Positions 1-8,468 of a stretch of DNA of 29,527 bases are shown in pieces. The notes under the pieces are model-generated. The model ran no database searches. It was given only the letters and a program-made list of their open reading frames with translations, and was not told the origin of the DNA. The DNA is from a virus. Its lineage: Duplodnaviria > Caudoviricetes. The position numbers were made by a program, and so were the translations under genes. The stretch lies in IMG/VR virus record IMGVR_UViG_3300030106_002075, positions 1 through 29,527 of that record, one strand, 5' to 3'. Within the stretch, counting starts at the first letter, position 1. Each line of letters opens with the position of its first letter.

Positions 1-774
1 ATCTAGGTTCGTGTCACTGTCGTAGGTCACTGGTGCTCCCTTAAAAAGGAGGTTCTGGAATCCTGCGTCGGCAACGTCAGCGCTTGTGTACCGAAGGTTC
101 GGCTGGAGCAAGGCTTCATACTTTTCGTATTCGTCTTGATCCGTAATGATAATGGTCGGTTGGTCATTACCAACTGAAACATTGTTGTACATGGTTGACA
201 TAGCAGCCAAAGTAAGAGCGCCACCTTGGTCGGTGAGACTCGAACGCCACCACGAGTTGTCAGCATCAGTAGCGTCGATACCGCCAATAGCGCTACCAGA
301 GTCGTTACCTACTCCAACAAGGCCGTTAAGACCAAGGAAGTCTTTTCCGCCGTTACCCGCACCATTGCTATAGAACATGGTGTTCATGTTTTGAATAATG
401 GTCTGCTCTGCTTGCATAATCTTGCCTTCAAGAAGGTCGATTATTGCTGCTTCGCCATTGTTTTTAGCTTCCTCAATGCCAGTGATAGTCACGGTTGCTG
501 CATACTGTTTCCAGTCGTACTCAGCAGCAGTGATTCCTGTCTGAGCAGTCGTGTCAATAGTGTCAGAACCGCTGTATGAACCAGCAGTTGAGTTTGTACC
601 ATAAATAATTGGAACAACAATTTTGGCACCGCCGTTTATGCGCCTAATGGTCTGACCATTGGTAAGCGCATAGAACAGAGGACGAGCCGTAAAAACGTTG
701 TCAGCCAATTTAGGTACGTAGTTTTTGAGAGTCGTAGAGAGAATCTCATTAAAATCGCTGTTTCCCGCAGCCAT
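1..774 (-). CDS. Major capsid protein (3'-truncated by window edge)
   Basis: Not in ORF track because it has no stop in the window. Hand translation from ATG at 774 (AGGAG SD at 781-785): MAAGNSDFNEILSTTLKNYVPKLADNVFTARPLFYAL...EYDWKQYAATVTITGIEEAKNNGEAAIIDLLEGKIMQAE...DAGFQNLLFKGAPV, open to base 1. Resembles HK97-fold capsid proteins and lies directly after scaffold and portal. Confidence 0.9.
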   Translation of the reverse strand, partial: MAAGNSDFNEILSTTLKNYVPKLADNVFTARPLFYALTNGQTIRRINGGAKIVVPIIYGTNSTAGSYSGSDTIDTTAQTGITAAEYDWKQYAATVTITGIEEAKNNGEAAIIDLLEGKIMQAEQTIIQNMNTMFYSNGAGNGGKDFLGLNGLVGVGNDSGSAIGGIDATDADNSWWRSSLTDQGGALTLAAMSTMYNNVSVGNDQPTIIITDQDEYEKYEALLQPNLRYTSADVADAGFQNLLFKGAPVTYDSDTNLD

Positions 775-791
775 TTGATACTCCTAAAGTT

Positions 792-1490
792 TTATTGGGC
801 TAATTCTTGTTTTGCCAGATCAAATGCATCTCGAAGTGAAGTAACTGCTTTATTAAAATCACGACTGATAGCGCCTTCAGTCGCACCTGACCCATCCTCA
901 ACAACTGAGGCTGCACGCTTTTCTTCCAAAATGTCAGAGTTCTTAGCTTTGCTTTGCAAATCCTCATAAGTCATATGAGTATAAGCAGCATCTAAGTTTC
1001 CAATATTGTGTTTCAAAGCATGAGAATACAAAGCATTCTCATCTATGTCAGCTTGATATTTGTCTCGCAGCGTATTCATTTCTTTCTGCAAATTCTGCTG
1101 TCTCTGTATGCGATCTTGTTCTTCAATGGCCGACTCAATCCGTCGAAGTCTGGTTTCTTCTGGGTCCAGTTCTTCCATTTCCTCTTGGGGAACAGAAGCT
1201 TGGTTGCCCATTCTGATCCCAAAAGCATCAGCTAAAGCCGATACAGCGCTTTCAGGGTCAGACTCCAGAGCTTGGACGATTGCCTCGCCTTGAGCCAATC
1301 TTTCGCGTTCAGTTGCCAACTCTTGCGTTTTACGTGTGTAATCCGCTTGGCGTTGGTAGCCATTAATAAGTTCAGATTGCGACACATCCATTTGTTCACC
1401 ATCAATGGTGACCGTATAAGAAGGGCCGTTATCTTCACTTGATTCGCTTGGGTTGCTGGTATCCAGTCCCAAAGCTGTGTTTTCATCCAT
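792..1490 (-). CDS. Capsid scaffolding protein
   Basis: Acidic, helical 232 aa between portal and capsid; YTVTIDGEQMDVSQSELINGYQRQADYTRKTQELA is a typical phage scaffold motif. Confidence 0.85.
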   Translation of the reverse strand: MDENTALGLDTSNPSESSEDNGPSYTVTIDGEQMDVSQSELINGYQRQADYTRKTQELATERERLAQGEAIVQALESDPESAVSALADAFGIRMGNQASVPQEEMEELDPEETRLRRIESAIEEQDRIQRQQNLQKEMNTLRDKYQADIDENALYSHALKHNIGNLDAAYTHMTYEDLQSKAKNSDILEEKRAASVVEDGSGATEGAISRDFNKAVTSLRDAFDLAKQELAQ

Positions 1491-1536
1491 CAGGAATCCT
1501 TTCGGGTGTTCCTATATGACACATAAAAGTGTCCCA

Positions 1537-3444
1537 TTACTGCATGTTCGGCAACTCTACACCCATTTGGTTTTGGAGTTGACTTATCAGTTCGGGTGGT
1601 ACTCCGCCTGTGCCTTCAAAAACTTGTGTAGGGATTGGTCCTGGTCCCATGCCGCCTTGCGACATTGGAGGCGCTCCAAAAGGATCAGCTACTCCCCCAG
1701 ATTCCTCTTGCGCAGCTTGAGCGTCAAGAGGAGTTTGTTGTTGAATTATGTAACGATCAGGGTCATTAATCCCAAACCCATAAGACAACACATGTTTTGC
1801 TATTTCCGTAGGATCAACAACTGTGCCAATCAAAGGACCCATAGCGTTTAGCAAAGAAATTGCTTGTTGACGGCGAGCGGTTTCGTTAAACGGTTGTGTA
1901 GAGCCGCCTTCTACAGAGAAATCAAATTCTCCGATAATGTCATCACGGGTGTAAGCGACAAAAAACTTTTCGTCATTTTTGCCTGTGATGCGCACCATTT
2001 GTGCGTCGGTCATGTACTGCATCATTAGTTGCATGACCATGCGTGCTGTTTCTGAAATAGAAATTTCTACTATTGCAAGTTTGTCAGCAGCACGAGCATT
2101 GCCCGCATCAACAATGATGCTGGCTTCTGTTGCAGTACGACGAGTTTCGGGCATTTGCCCACGGGCATATTCAGATACGCCGCTTACAGTGTTGATATCC
2201 CCTTCGATAATGTTGGAGTGGTTGTACATTTCGGGGGCAAGAGGGACCTGCGGTAATGGTTGGACCACTCCCGCAAGGTCACGGTTCTCGTCGATAACAG
2301 GAACAAAACGTCCATCTTCGTCAGATTCCAATGCTTCACGGCCTTCAGGCCCAAACGAACGTTCGTGATACAAGTACTTTCGTGCGTAACGTTTCCTGTG
2401 GTTCACCATTTGTGAACGAGTTTTGTTTAGTTCTTCTTGAAGCGATTCGATAGCTTCAAGGTCACCCATTGGATAGAACATGTCAGGAACGTCGTAGTTC
2501 CGCATCATTACAAATGGGTGACCAAAGTGATACGGCATTGGTGTTGGGTCAAGCAGGTAATCGTCACCGCTTTCCGCACACACCGAAATAGTGCCATCTT
2601 CAAGATCATAAAATTCGTACAACGTAACTCTTGCAGTTACTTCGTTATACATTTCACGTTCATCGTCGCCATCCCAGCGGTAACGCACACCAGAATCAGC
2701 TACAAGATCTTGACGTGTTGAACGCTTAAACCTTTTATCTTTTTTAACTTCTGCAAGTGGACGCACAATACGTTGAGCAATCCAACGAGCATCATCCATA
2801 CATGTAGCTTCAGGGTCGATAAGCATATCGAACGGGCTAATGCGCTCTACGAACGCTTGATCTTCAACAACTTCCATCTTTCTAGATGGAATAGCATCCA
2901 TGACATCCTGATCTGACGGTAAATCGTTTACCATTTCAGGGTTGTCGTAAGCGAACTGGTCTACTTCTAGAGTTGCTCGATTGTATTCTTCCGCCATTTC
3001 AGCGGGAGTTAATTCTCGTTCTTCTTCAACGAACCGCCAACCGACTTTAAGCCAGCCGTGTCCGATGATAAGAAAGTCCTTAACTGCCCGCCGAAATGGT
3101 TTCCGATAGTCGTGATGTCTCCACAAATAATTTATAACTGCCTCTACAAAAACGGCTCGTGATTCGTCACCCTCTTTGTTTGCTGTAACAGTTATCTTCG
3201 GATGGTTTACCGCAACGCTCGGAGAGATCACGTTAACGGTAGAGAAAGCCATATTGACAGAAATGCGGTCATAACCCACATTTCCTTCATAACCTCCACC
3301 AGTACCACCAAATGTTTTACCTCTGTAAAGGTCAATCATTCGATGCCACTTAGCGTCGTAGCCTTCTTCGCTACGCCACCTGTAAGTGTTATCTAATCTC
3401 TCTTTAGTTTGAGAGAAACGGTCAGCTTTCGTCATCCGTGCCAT
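1537..3444 (-). CDS. Portal protein (P22/podovirus-like)
   Basis: 635 aa between terminase and scaffold; GHGWLKVGW, ERISPFDMLIDP, SGVSEYARG..RRTATEA motifs; Pro/Gly/Gln-rich C-tail. Confidence 0.88.
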   Translation of the reverse strand: MARMTKADRFSQTKERLDNTYRWRSEEGYDAKWHRMIDLYRGKTFGGTGGGYEGNVGYDRISVNMAFSTVNVISPSVAVNHPKITVTANKEGDESRAVFVEAVINYLWRHHDYRKPFRRAVKDFLIIGHGWLKVGWRFVEEERELTPAEMAEEYNRATLEVDQFAYDNPEMVNDLPSDQDVMDAIPSRKMEVVEDQAFVERISPFDMLIDPEATCMDDARWIAQRIVRPLAEVKKDKRFKRSTRQDLVADSGVRYRWDGDDEREMYNEVTARVTLYEFYDLEDGTISVCAESGDDYLLDPTPMPYHFGHPFVMMRNYDVPDMFYPMGDLEAIESLQEELNKTRSQMVNHRKRYARKYLYHERSFGPEGREALESDEDGRFVPVIDENRDLAGVVQPLPQVPLAPEMYNHSNIIEGDINTVSGVSEYARGQMPETRRTATEASIIVDAGNARAADKLAIVEISISETARMVMQLMMQYMTDAQMVRITGKNDEKFFVAYTRDDIIGEFDFSVEGGSTQPFNETARRQQAISLLNAMGPLIGTVVDPTEIAKHVLSYGFGINDPDRYIIQQQTPLDAQAAQEESGGVADPFGAPPMSQGGMGPGPIPTQVFEGTGGVPPELISQLQNQMGVELPNMQ

Positions 3445-3459
3445 TATTCAACCCAACTT

Positions 3460-3714
3460 TTAAGCTCGCTCGGGGGTGTGTCCAGCCGCACGAGCCTCTG
3501 CTAGCACTTTTTGTTCTCGTTCCCTCATAGTGAGATGTTGTTCCTCACGAGGCAACATTGCGCGAATTGTCTCTCCCGTAGCAATGGATATTGATTTAAG
3601 TTTCAAACGACGCTCATAAAGTTCTTTAAGCTCCTGCAAAGGAACTTGCCCACGACGTTCAAGAACGTATTGGGTGAACTCTTCAAAGGTCGCCCCATCT
3701 GGGAGGACCGCCAT
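3460..3714 (-). CDS. Hypothetical protein
   Basis: 84-aa ORF tightly packed in the late operon. Confidence 0.7.
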   Translation of the reverse strand: MAVLPDGATFEEFTQYVLERRGQVPLQELKELYERRLKLKSISIATGETIRAMLPREEQHLTMREREQKVLAEARAAGHTPERA

Positions 3715-3716
3715 TT

Positions 3717-3986
3717 TCAGGTGCTTTGTACAGCGCCGTCAGGCTGTTTAGCTGAAGGTGCAACCGTGCCTGTAGTTCCGTGTTGGTTCATTGGTGTTTC
3801 ACGAGGAGTAACACCAGCGCCCATGTCACCAGGCTGCGCTTGATCTAGGTCCCCAGTAAAACGAGGTTCTGATGGTTGCGAACCGCCTTCGGCGGGAGGT
3901 CCATTATAAAGTTGTGCATGGTTAATGCGCATTGTTTCGCCCATTCCCGATGCATTGTATTTGTTAGCCATTATCGGCCACTCCAA
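3717..3986 (-). CDS. Hypothetical protein (disordered, G/P/Q-rich; true start probably the ATG of MANKY after GGAG)
   Basis: Packed between terminase and portal region, same strand. Confidence 0.65.
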   Translation of the reverse strand: MEWPIMANKYNASGMGETMRINHAQLYNGPPAEGGSQPSEPRFTGDLDQAQPGDMGAGVTPRETPMNQHGTTGTVAPSAKQPDGAVQST

Positions 3987-4012
3987 TCATAGACATATGC
4001 CTAAAGACATAT

Positions 4013-4678
4013 TTAAGTTGTCCCACGGATAGTGTTCAAGCCAATCGTATCGCCTACAGGCTCATGTTTGTTGGCTTTACGCATCCACCAATCAAACGTC
4101 CACATATCATCCACTTCCTGAACGTACTCAGGAACAAACGCATACTTACGCATTTGGTTAGCTAACGCCAACGCCATAACACGGTCATCATGCGGAGAAC
4201 CCGACATGCCGCCACGTTCATTACGCACATAAGTACGCAATTCAGCAATAGTGTGCTGATCTTTAATAAGTAACTCATCGTTACGCAAAGCCATAGACAA
4301 ATCGTCAATCATTAACGGCTTAGACGTACGTGTAGTTTTCCACCCAAATTCCTGCGACATACGATTTGTTTGACTATTCAACGACCTACGTCGAAACATG
4401 TTCGGGTAACCCAACTGACGTAACTGCGTAATCGTAGTCAACCCGTGGTTATTGGACTCCACACAACACAAAGCATTGCCGTACCAAATTCCAAGGTTAT
4501 GTACCTCGTATGCCAACTCATCAGGCGGGATATGACCGTGCCACACCGCAACCTGCGTGCCTTCTCTCGCATCCAATACCTGAATACACGAATAATCACC
4601 ATGACCTAAACCTTCAGCCGTGTCCACGCCAAGGACGTATCCCCCCCACCGCTCTGGTTCCTGCCACACAGTTAGCAT
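4013..4678 (-). CDS. Terminase large subunit, C-terminal RNase H-like nuclease domain (separate ORF)
   Basis: YVLGVDTAEG..GDYS, VESNNHG, HDDRVMALA acidic catalytic motifs; own GGAG SD 5 nt upstream of ATG. Confidence 0.9.
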   Translation of the reverse strand: MLTVWQEPERWGGYVLGVDTAEGLGHGDYSCIQVLDAREGTQVAVWHGHIPPDELAYEVHNLGIWYGNALCCVESNNHGLTTITQLRQLGYPNMFRRRSLNSQTNRMSQEFGWKTTRTSKPLMIDDLSMALRNDELLIKDQHTIAELRTYVRNERGGMSGSPHDDRVMALALANQMRKYAFVPEYVQEVDDMWTFDWWMRKANKHEPVGDTIGLNTIRGTT

Positions 4679-5559
4679 CTAAACTCCAAGACTTTCGGCT
4701 GGATCTCGTAAAGATAGCCGTAACGACCAGCTTCCACATGCATCTGCATAGCGTCAAGAACATCCAAATCAAACACAGGATTTCCCGAACGAATAAAAGC
4801 CTCTTCGGGGGTGGTCGGGTATTCCTGAGCCAACTGCCACGGGAGCATCGAATCACGCTTTGATTCATACCAAGACTCATCCCTATCCCCCGTAGCACTC
4901 CACGGAAAAAACATAGGCGAAAACTTGTTATTCCCCGTAGTAGCACCAGTCCACAAATGATGAAAAAAGTTACCAGACCCATTCGCCGTACTTAACCCAA
5001 TAATACGGCCACCCACATCAGCTACAGGTTCAATACTGGCCCATGCGTCCTCTGGTGAAGGTAAGAAAGCCCATTCGTCAACCACGACGAGGCTGGCCGA
5101 TTCTCCACGAGCAGGGTCGCTCGCTGAAGGCATCGAAACGATTTGCGATCCATTGTCAAAAGCCATTCTTTGCTGGTGTTCGACCAAGGACTTAGGTCCA
5201 CGATTTATCATCCAATCTGGCAAATGCTTTGCCCCATACTTTGTTTTTTTCAACAACAAAACTGACTCTCTCTCAGTACGAGAGAGGTCAATAATGTTTT
5301 GATCGGAATGAAAAAACGCCAGCCAAAACTGGTGAGCAGCAACCAGCGTTGTCCACCCAATCTGTCTAGCTTTCAGTGTAAGCGAATATCTATTTTCTGC
5401 CCACTCTTTGAGAGCCGTTTCCTGAGCTTTACGTAAAGAAAAAAGAATACGACCGTGAGCAGGGTGAGCAATGTACCAATAATTCTCAAGAAAATACTTC
5501 TCACTTCTGACACACTTCCGCCATTCAGCTTCTTGCCGTAACTCAGTTAATCGACTCAT
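4672..5559 (-). CDS. Terminase large subunit, N-terminal ATPase domain
   Basis: Walker A LKARQIGWTT, Walker B VVVDEWAF, coupling motif STANG, QEYP motif. Confidence 0.92.
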   Translation of the reverse strand: MSRLTELRQEAEWRKCVRSEKYFLENYWYIAHPAHGRILFSLRKAQETALKEWAENRYSLTLKARQIGWTTLVAAHQFWLAFFHSDQNIIDLSRTERESVLLLKKTKYGAKHLPDWMINRGPKSLVEHQQRMAFDNGSQIVSMPSASDPARGESASLVVVDEWAFLPSPEDAWASIEPVADVGGRIIGLSTANGSGNFFHHLWTGATTGNNKFSPMFFPWSATGDRDESWYESKRDSMLPWQLAQEYPTTPEEAFIRSGNPVFDLDVLDAMQMHVEAGRYGYLYEIQPKVLEFRC

Positions 5560-5838
5560 CTAACAATTCATGTCCTTACGCAACGACTCCCACACAGACC
5601 ACTGCGCTTCAGTCCAAGTGTGCTCAATCGTATTGTAAAGCTGCGAACACTGAGGCCCATACCCAGGAACCAAATCCGTCCTAACTACAGGCGCAGGCTC
5701 CTCATCGTCCGACCACAACATTGAAACGCCGCTTACAGCCGCAATCAACGCCACCGCAGCAGCAGTAATCGCCGCAACAATCTTCTTGATCGCATCCGAC
5801 CAAATCGTCGCCTTCTCTGCAACATCCTCTATTTCCAT
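5560..5838 (-). CDS. Hypothetical membrane-anchored protein
   Basis: Hydrophobic IVAAITAAAVALIAAVSGVSMLW segment; abuts terminase start. Confidence 0.7.
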   Translation of the reverse strand: MEIEDVAEKATIWSDAIKKIVAAITAAAVALIAAVSGVSMLWSDDEEPAPVVRTDLVPGYGPQCSQLYNTIEHTWTEAQWSVWESLRKDMNC

Positions 5839-5847
5839 AACCGCCCC

Positions 5848-6003
5848 CTATTGGCAAGATTCACACACCTCAGGGGTATCCAAACCACACTCCAATGGTT
5901 CATCATCCTCGAAAGGATCACGCAACAAATCAGGGCGTTCGCCCATCTCCTCTAGTTGCATCCACATTCCATCGTCACGTAAATCTTGCAGTTCTGTCAC
6001 CAT
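5848..6003 (-). CDS. Small acidic protein with C-terminal CxxC (51 aa)
   Basis: Hand translation MVTELQDLRDDGMWMQLEEMGERPDLLRDPFEDDEPLECGLDTPEVCESCQ; ATG overlaps the upstream stop (ATGGTGA) and fills the gap. Confidence 0.7.
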   Translation of the reverse strand: MVTELQDLRDDGMWMQLEEMGERPDLLRDPFEDDEPLECGLDTPEVCESCQ

Positions 6004-6263
6004 TTCACCCTGTTTGCCCAATACGCAGCAGACATCTTTCCTTTTTTAATATTCTTAGCGTGACGAGCCTTAAAAGACCTAGAACGAGCCGTATTACCCT
6101 TATCCCCAGTCTTACCCTGCTGACCAAAACGAATCGTTTTAATCTGATTTCCGTCCTTAGCCACAACAACATGCGACTTCGTTGCATGTTTAGGCGTACG
6201 TTTCGGCTTGTTATAGCCAGAAACACCAGCACGCTTCAACCGAGGATCAGGTTTAGATGCCAC
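5997..6263 (-). CDS. Small basic phage protein
   Basis: 88 aa K/R-rich, GTG start overlapping previous TAG; KSHVVVAK...IRFGQQG...SFKARH...SAAYWA pattern recalled from environmental phages. Confidence 0.8.
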   Translation of the reverse strand: MASKPDPRLKRAGVSGYNKPKRTPKHATKSHVVVAKDGNQIKTIRFGQQGKTGDKGNTARSRSFKARHAKNIKKGKMSAAYWANRVKW

Positions 6264-6421
6264 TATCGCTTCCTTTTCTTCGCAGTCTTAGCAGATTGCT
6301 TAAAAGCCTTAGCTGTAGGCGCACCCTTAGCACCAGGCTTCCTCATACGCTCCCCACTACCAGCCTTAATACGCTTCCGCTTTGCATGAATATTTGCATA
6401 CAACCCAGGTTTCTTAGCCAT
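6263..6421 (-). CDS. Small basic protein (52 aa)
   Basis: Hand translation MAKKPGLYANIHAKRKRIKAGSGERMRKPGAKGAPTAKAFKQSAKTAKKRKR; TAATG and TAGTG coupling with neighbours. Confidence 0.75.
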   Translation of the reverse strand: MAKKPGLYANIHAKRKRIKAGSGERMRKPGAKGAPTAKAFKQSAKTAKKRKR

Positions 6422-6534
6422 TAACGCTTTTTCCGCTTATTCGTAACCTTCTTACCAGTACGCTTCGCCTCTTTAGCAGCCGCAGCCCGACCCTTAGACG
6501 TATATGAATAGTGTTTCTTGCCAACCTTAGGCAT
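6421..6534 (-). CDS. Small basic protein (37 aa)
   Basis: Hand translation MPKVGKKHYSYTSKGRAAAAKEAKRTGKKVTNKRKKR; overlaps TerS stop and next start. Confidence 0.7.
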   Translation of the reverse strand: MPKVGKKHYSYTSKGRAAAAKEAKRTGKKVTNKRKKR

Positions 6535-6997
6535 CTTCCAAACCACCCTTAATCAATCGCAGGGAAGCCACTTCCTCTTCCAACAACGAAGCAAGCTCGT
6601 CATCACTAAAGGAAGAAACGTCCCGCTCATCTTCCATAACCACTTTACGCTTCGGCGTAAACTTTTCAATGTATTGCAAATACAAAGACGCAGCCTTCAC
6701 ATCACCACTGGCAGCCTGCTGCCAAAGAGCATCAATAACGCTCTGAACACGTTCAGGGTTGATGTTCAGTTCTGCTGCACGACGATCCCACTCACGAATG
6801 AACCGTGGATCTCTTTTTATGCGGCGAACAGAATCCTGATGGATGTCTTGTTCGACCGCCCACTCCTTCTGAGTCTTAGGTGACCTCTCAGGCCCCAACA
6901 ACAACCACTCTAGTAACGCCTTCCAAGTGTCAGGCATCACTTTCTCATTAGAGTCGTCGTCCCAGGCCCAGCCTCGGCCTCCACCATTCTGTGGCAT
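6527..6997 (-). CDS. Putative terminase small subunit (HTH)
   Basis: First gene of packaging operon; HTH-like TQKEWAVEQDIHQDSVRRIK and AASGDVKAASLYL; start moved to ATG 6997 because AAGGAG lies at 7005-7010. Confidence 0.7.
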   Translation of the reverse strand: MPQNGGGRGWAWDDDSNEKVMPDTWKALLEWLLLGPERSPKTQKEWAVEQDIHQDSVRRIKRDPRFIREWDRRAAELNINPERVQSVIDALWQQAASGDVKAASLYLQYIEKFTPKRKVVMEDERDVSSFSDDELASLLEEEVASLRLIKGGLEDA

Positions 6998-7109
6998 GTA
7001 TGCGCTCCTTGCTTTGCGTACTACCACCATAGATCAGATGTCCCAAACAGACACCTAACTAGAATATGACAGTTACATTACAAACAACAACACACCCCAA
7101 ATAAAACGG

Positions 7110-7440
7110 GACACTCACCCCCTATACTAAGTAATTACTTAGTACCAATCTCCATACCCCCCAGGGATGGAGATTGACACTTAGTACTAGGAACTAAGTA
7201 CTTTGGCGCATACAGCGACAAACGGAACAGACCTAACACACAGAGAACCAAACTTCCGCCAAGTTTTAAAAACAGAACGCATTCTAAATGGATATCTATA
7301 CATATACATGCGCGAGGGGGCACCCCCCCACAGGGGGGTGGGTGCGCACGGCTTGCCGTAGGCAAGCTGAGGCAGTTCGGTGGACCGCCGCCGCACTTAG
7401 TACTCTGTACTAAGTGAAATCTAGTACTTTGTACTAGTTC
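7110..7440. repeat. Cluster of ACTTAGTAC/GTACTAAGT palindromic repeats and hairpins (origin or genome-end candidate)
   Basis: 20-bp palindrome TACTAAGTAATTACTTAGTA 7125-7144; CACTTAGTAC-TCT-GTACTAAGTG 7394-7416; CTAGTAC-TTT-GTACTAG 7421-7437; CACCCCCC-CACA-GGGGGGTG 7321-7340. Confidence 0.75.
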
Positions 7441-7564
7441 TCGGCCCAGAATTACTCTGTAATTTGCTGTTGGTGGTGGCAAATATCGGACCGCTGCCAC
7501 TTCGTGGCAACCCTTCGGTTCTTGCTGTTGGGGTTCTGAAAGTAGCTTGATTCTCTTTGAAAGA

Positions 7565-7601
7565 GTTTTCTCTCCCCCCTCTTTTCGAGGGGAGAGAAAA
7601 C
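7565..7601 (+). repeat. Diverged long-hairpin element (copy F)
   Basis: GTTTTCTCT-CCCCCCTC-TTTTC-GAGGGG-AGAGAAAAC; same CCCTC/GAGGG core and position before a gene as the other copies. Confidence 0.6.
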
Positions 7602-7632
7602 CCCAAACCAAATTTTCGATGGAGGTATCGGA

Positions 7633-7809
7633 ATGGCAAGTGAAGAAATTAGTTATATCAGTTTAGAACCATCTTTGGATGGTTATAAAAATATGAGATT
7701 AATGCTGCTTCAGCAGATTCAAGCTGGAAATACTGCTCCTGAAATTAGGAGAGGTTTGGATGATATCGAGAGGTATCTCGATTCCATTGGAGAGTTGGAG
7801 GTATTCTGA
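7633..7809 (+). CDS. Small early protein (58 aa)
   Basis: GGAGGT SD at 7621; MASEEISYISLEPSLDGYKNMRLMLL...; TGATG coupling to next ORF. Confidence 0.7.
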   Translation: MASEEISYISLEPSLDGYKNMRLMLLQQIQAGNTAPEIRRGLDDIERYLDSIGELEVF

Positions 7810-8015
7810 TGAAGTACTTTGAGTTCACTGCTCTTAGAGCAGATTGTGTCGATGATCGTGTTTTGAATTCCGACGGAATTGAGCGGTCGGTTTCTAAAGT
7901 CACTATGCATTTAACTGCAAATCAAATCATAGATTTGGTGGCTCAGTTAGCTCCTAATATCTCTTCGGCTTTAGAGGTTGAGTCTTTGTTTTCTAGTGAA
8001 AGATTTGGAATTTAA
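7809..8015 (+). CDS. Small early protein
   Basis: GGAGGT upstream, translationally coupled. Confidence 0.7.
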   Translation: MKYFEFTALRADCVDDRVLNSDGIERSVSKVTMHLTANQIIDLVAQLAPNISSALEVESLFSSERFGI

Positions 8016-8086
8016 CGCTTACAGCGTTGTTTGGTCTTTCCTTCCAAGCCTTAGGGCTTGGAGGGTTAGATCAGCTAACTGCTGGA

Positions 8087-8136
8087 TTGGGTGTATTTAA
8101 CCCCCTCATTTATGAGGGGTTAAATACTCCCACAAC
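8087..8136 (+). repeat. Long-hairpin intergenic repeat (copy A)
   Basis: TTGGGTGTATTTAACCCCCTCATTTATGAGGGGTTAAATACTCCCACAAC. Confidence 0.95.
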
Positions 8137-8160
8137 TAAGCGGCAGGGAGGCCGCAAATT

Positions 8161-8466
8161 ATGAGCAACTGGATAGAGGGTGCAGCACTTTACGCTGTAG
8201 GTGGCGACCTCGTTGGTATGGGTGCCACTGTGGAGGCCAGGTTTCGTCCTTTGGACGGTGCTGATATGAATTTGGTTCGGGCTTTTTTGGATGCGCAAAC
8301 CGCTGAAGCGGTTTACTGTCTGGCAAAGGACGCTAAGAATGCGTTTAACGATCGTTCGAGGTTCACTCGTCGGCGTTACGACTTAGGCAACGAGTTGCTT
8401 GAGGCTGGTGTGTTCACATCTAAGTATGACGTTCGTTCGACTTGGATTCTGACCGAGGAAGTGTAA
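8161..8466 (+). CDS. Hypothetical early protein
   Basis: GGAGG SD; lies exactly between repeat copies A and B. Confidence 0.8.
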   Translation: MSNWIEGAALYAVGGDLVGMGATVEARFRPLDGADMNLVRAFLDAQTAEAVYCLAKDAKNAFNDRSRFTRRRYDLGNELLEAGVFTSKYDVRSTWILTEEV

Positions 8467-8468
8467 AC

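Noticed and set aside
4641-4647. G7 run as a frameshift or phase-variation site joining the terminase halves
   Set aside because: It lies downstream of the ATPase stop and is already in frame within the nuclease ORF.
7135-7639. Minus-strand ORFs of 158, 69 and 72 aa
   Set aside because: Translations merely echo the DNA repeats (LVQSTR/LVQSTK/LVPSTK); no SD; region is better explained as regulatory.
8095-8125. Canonical integron attC (ATTTAAC...GTTAAAT matches RYYYAAC/GTTRRRY)
   Set aside because: Only 17 nt between the cores, far shorter than attC sites; copies C, E and F break the consensus; no integrase in the window.
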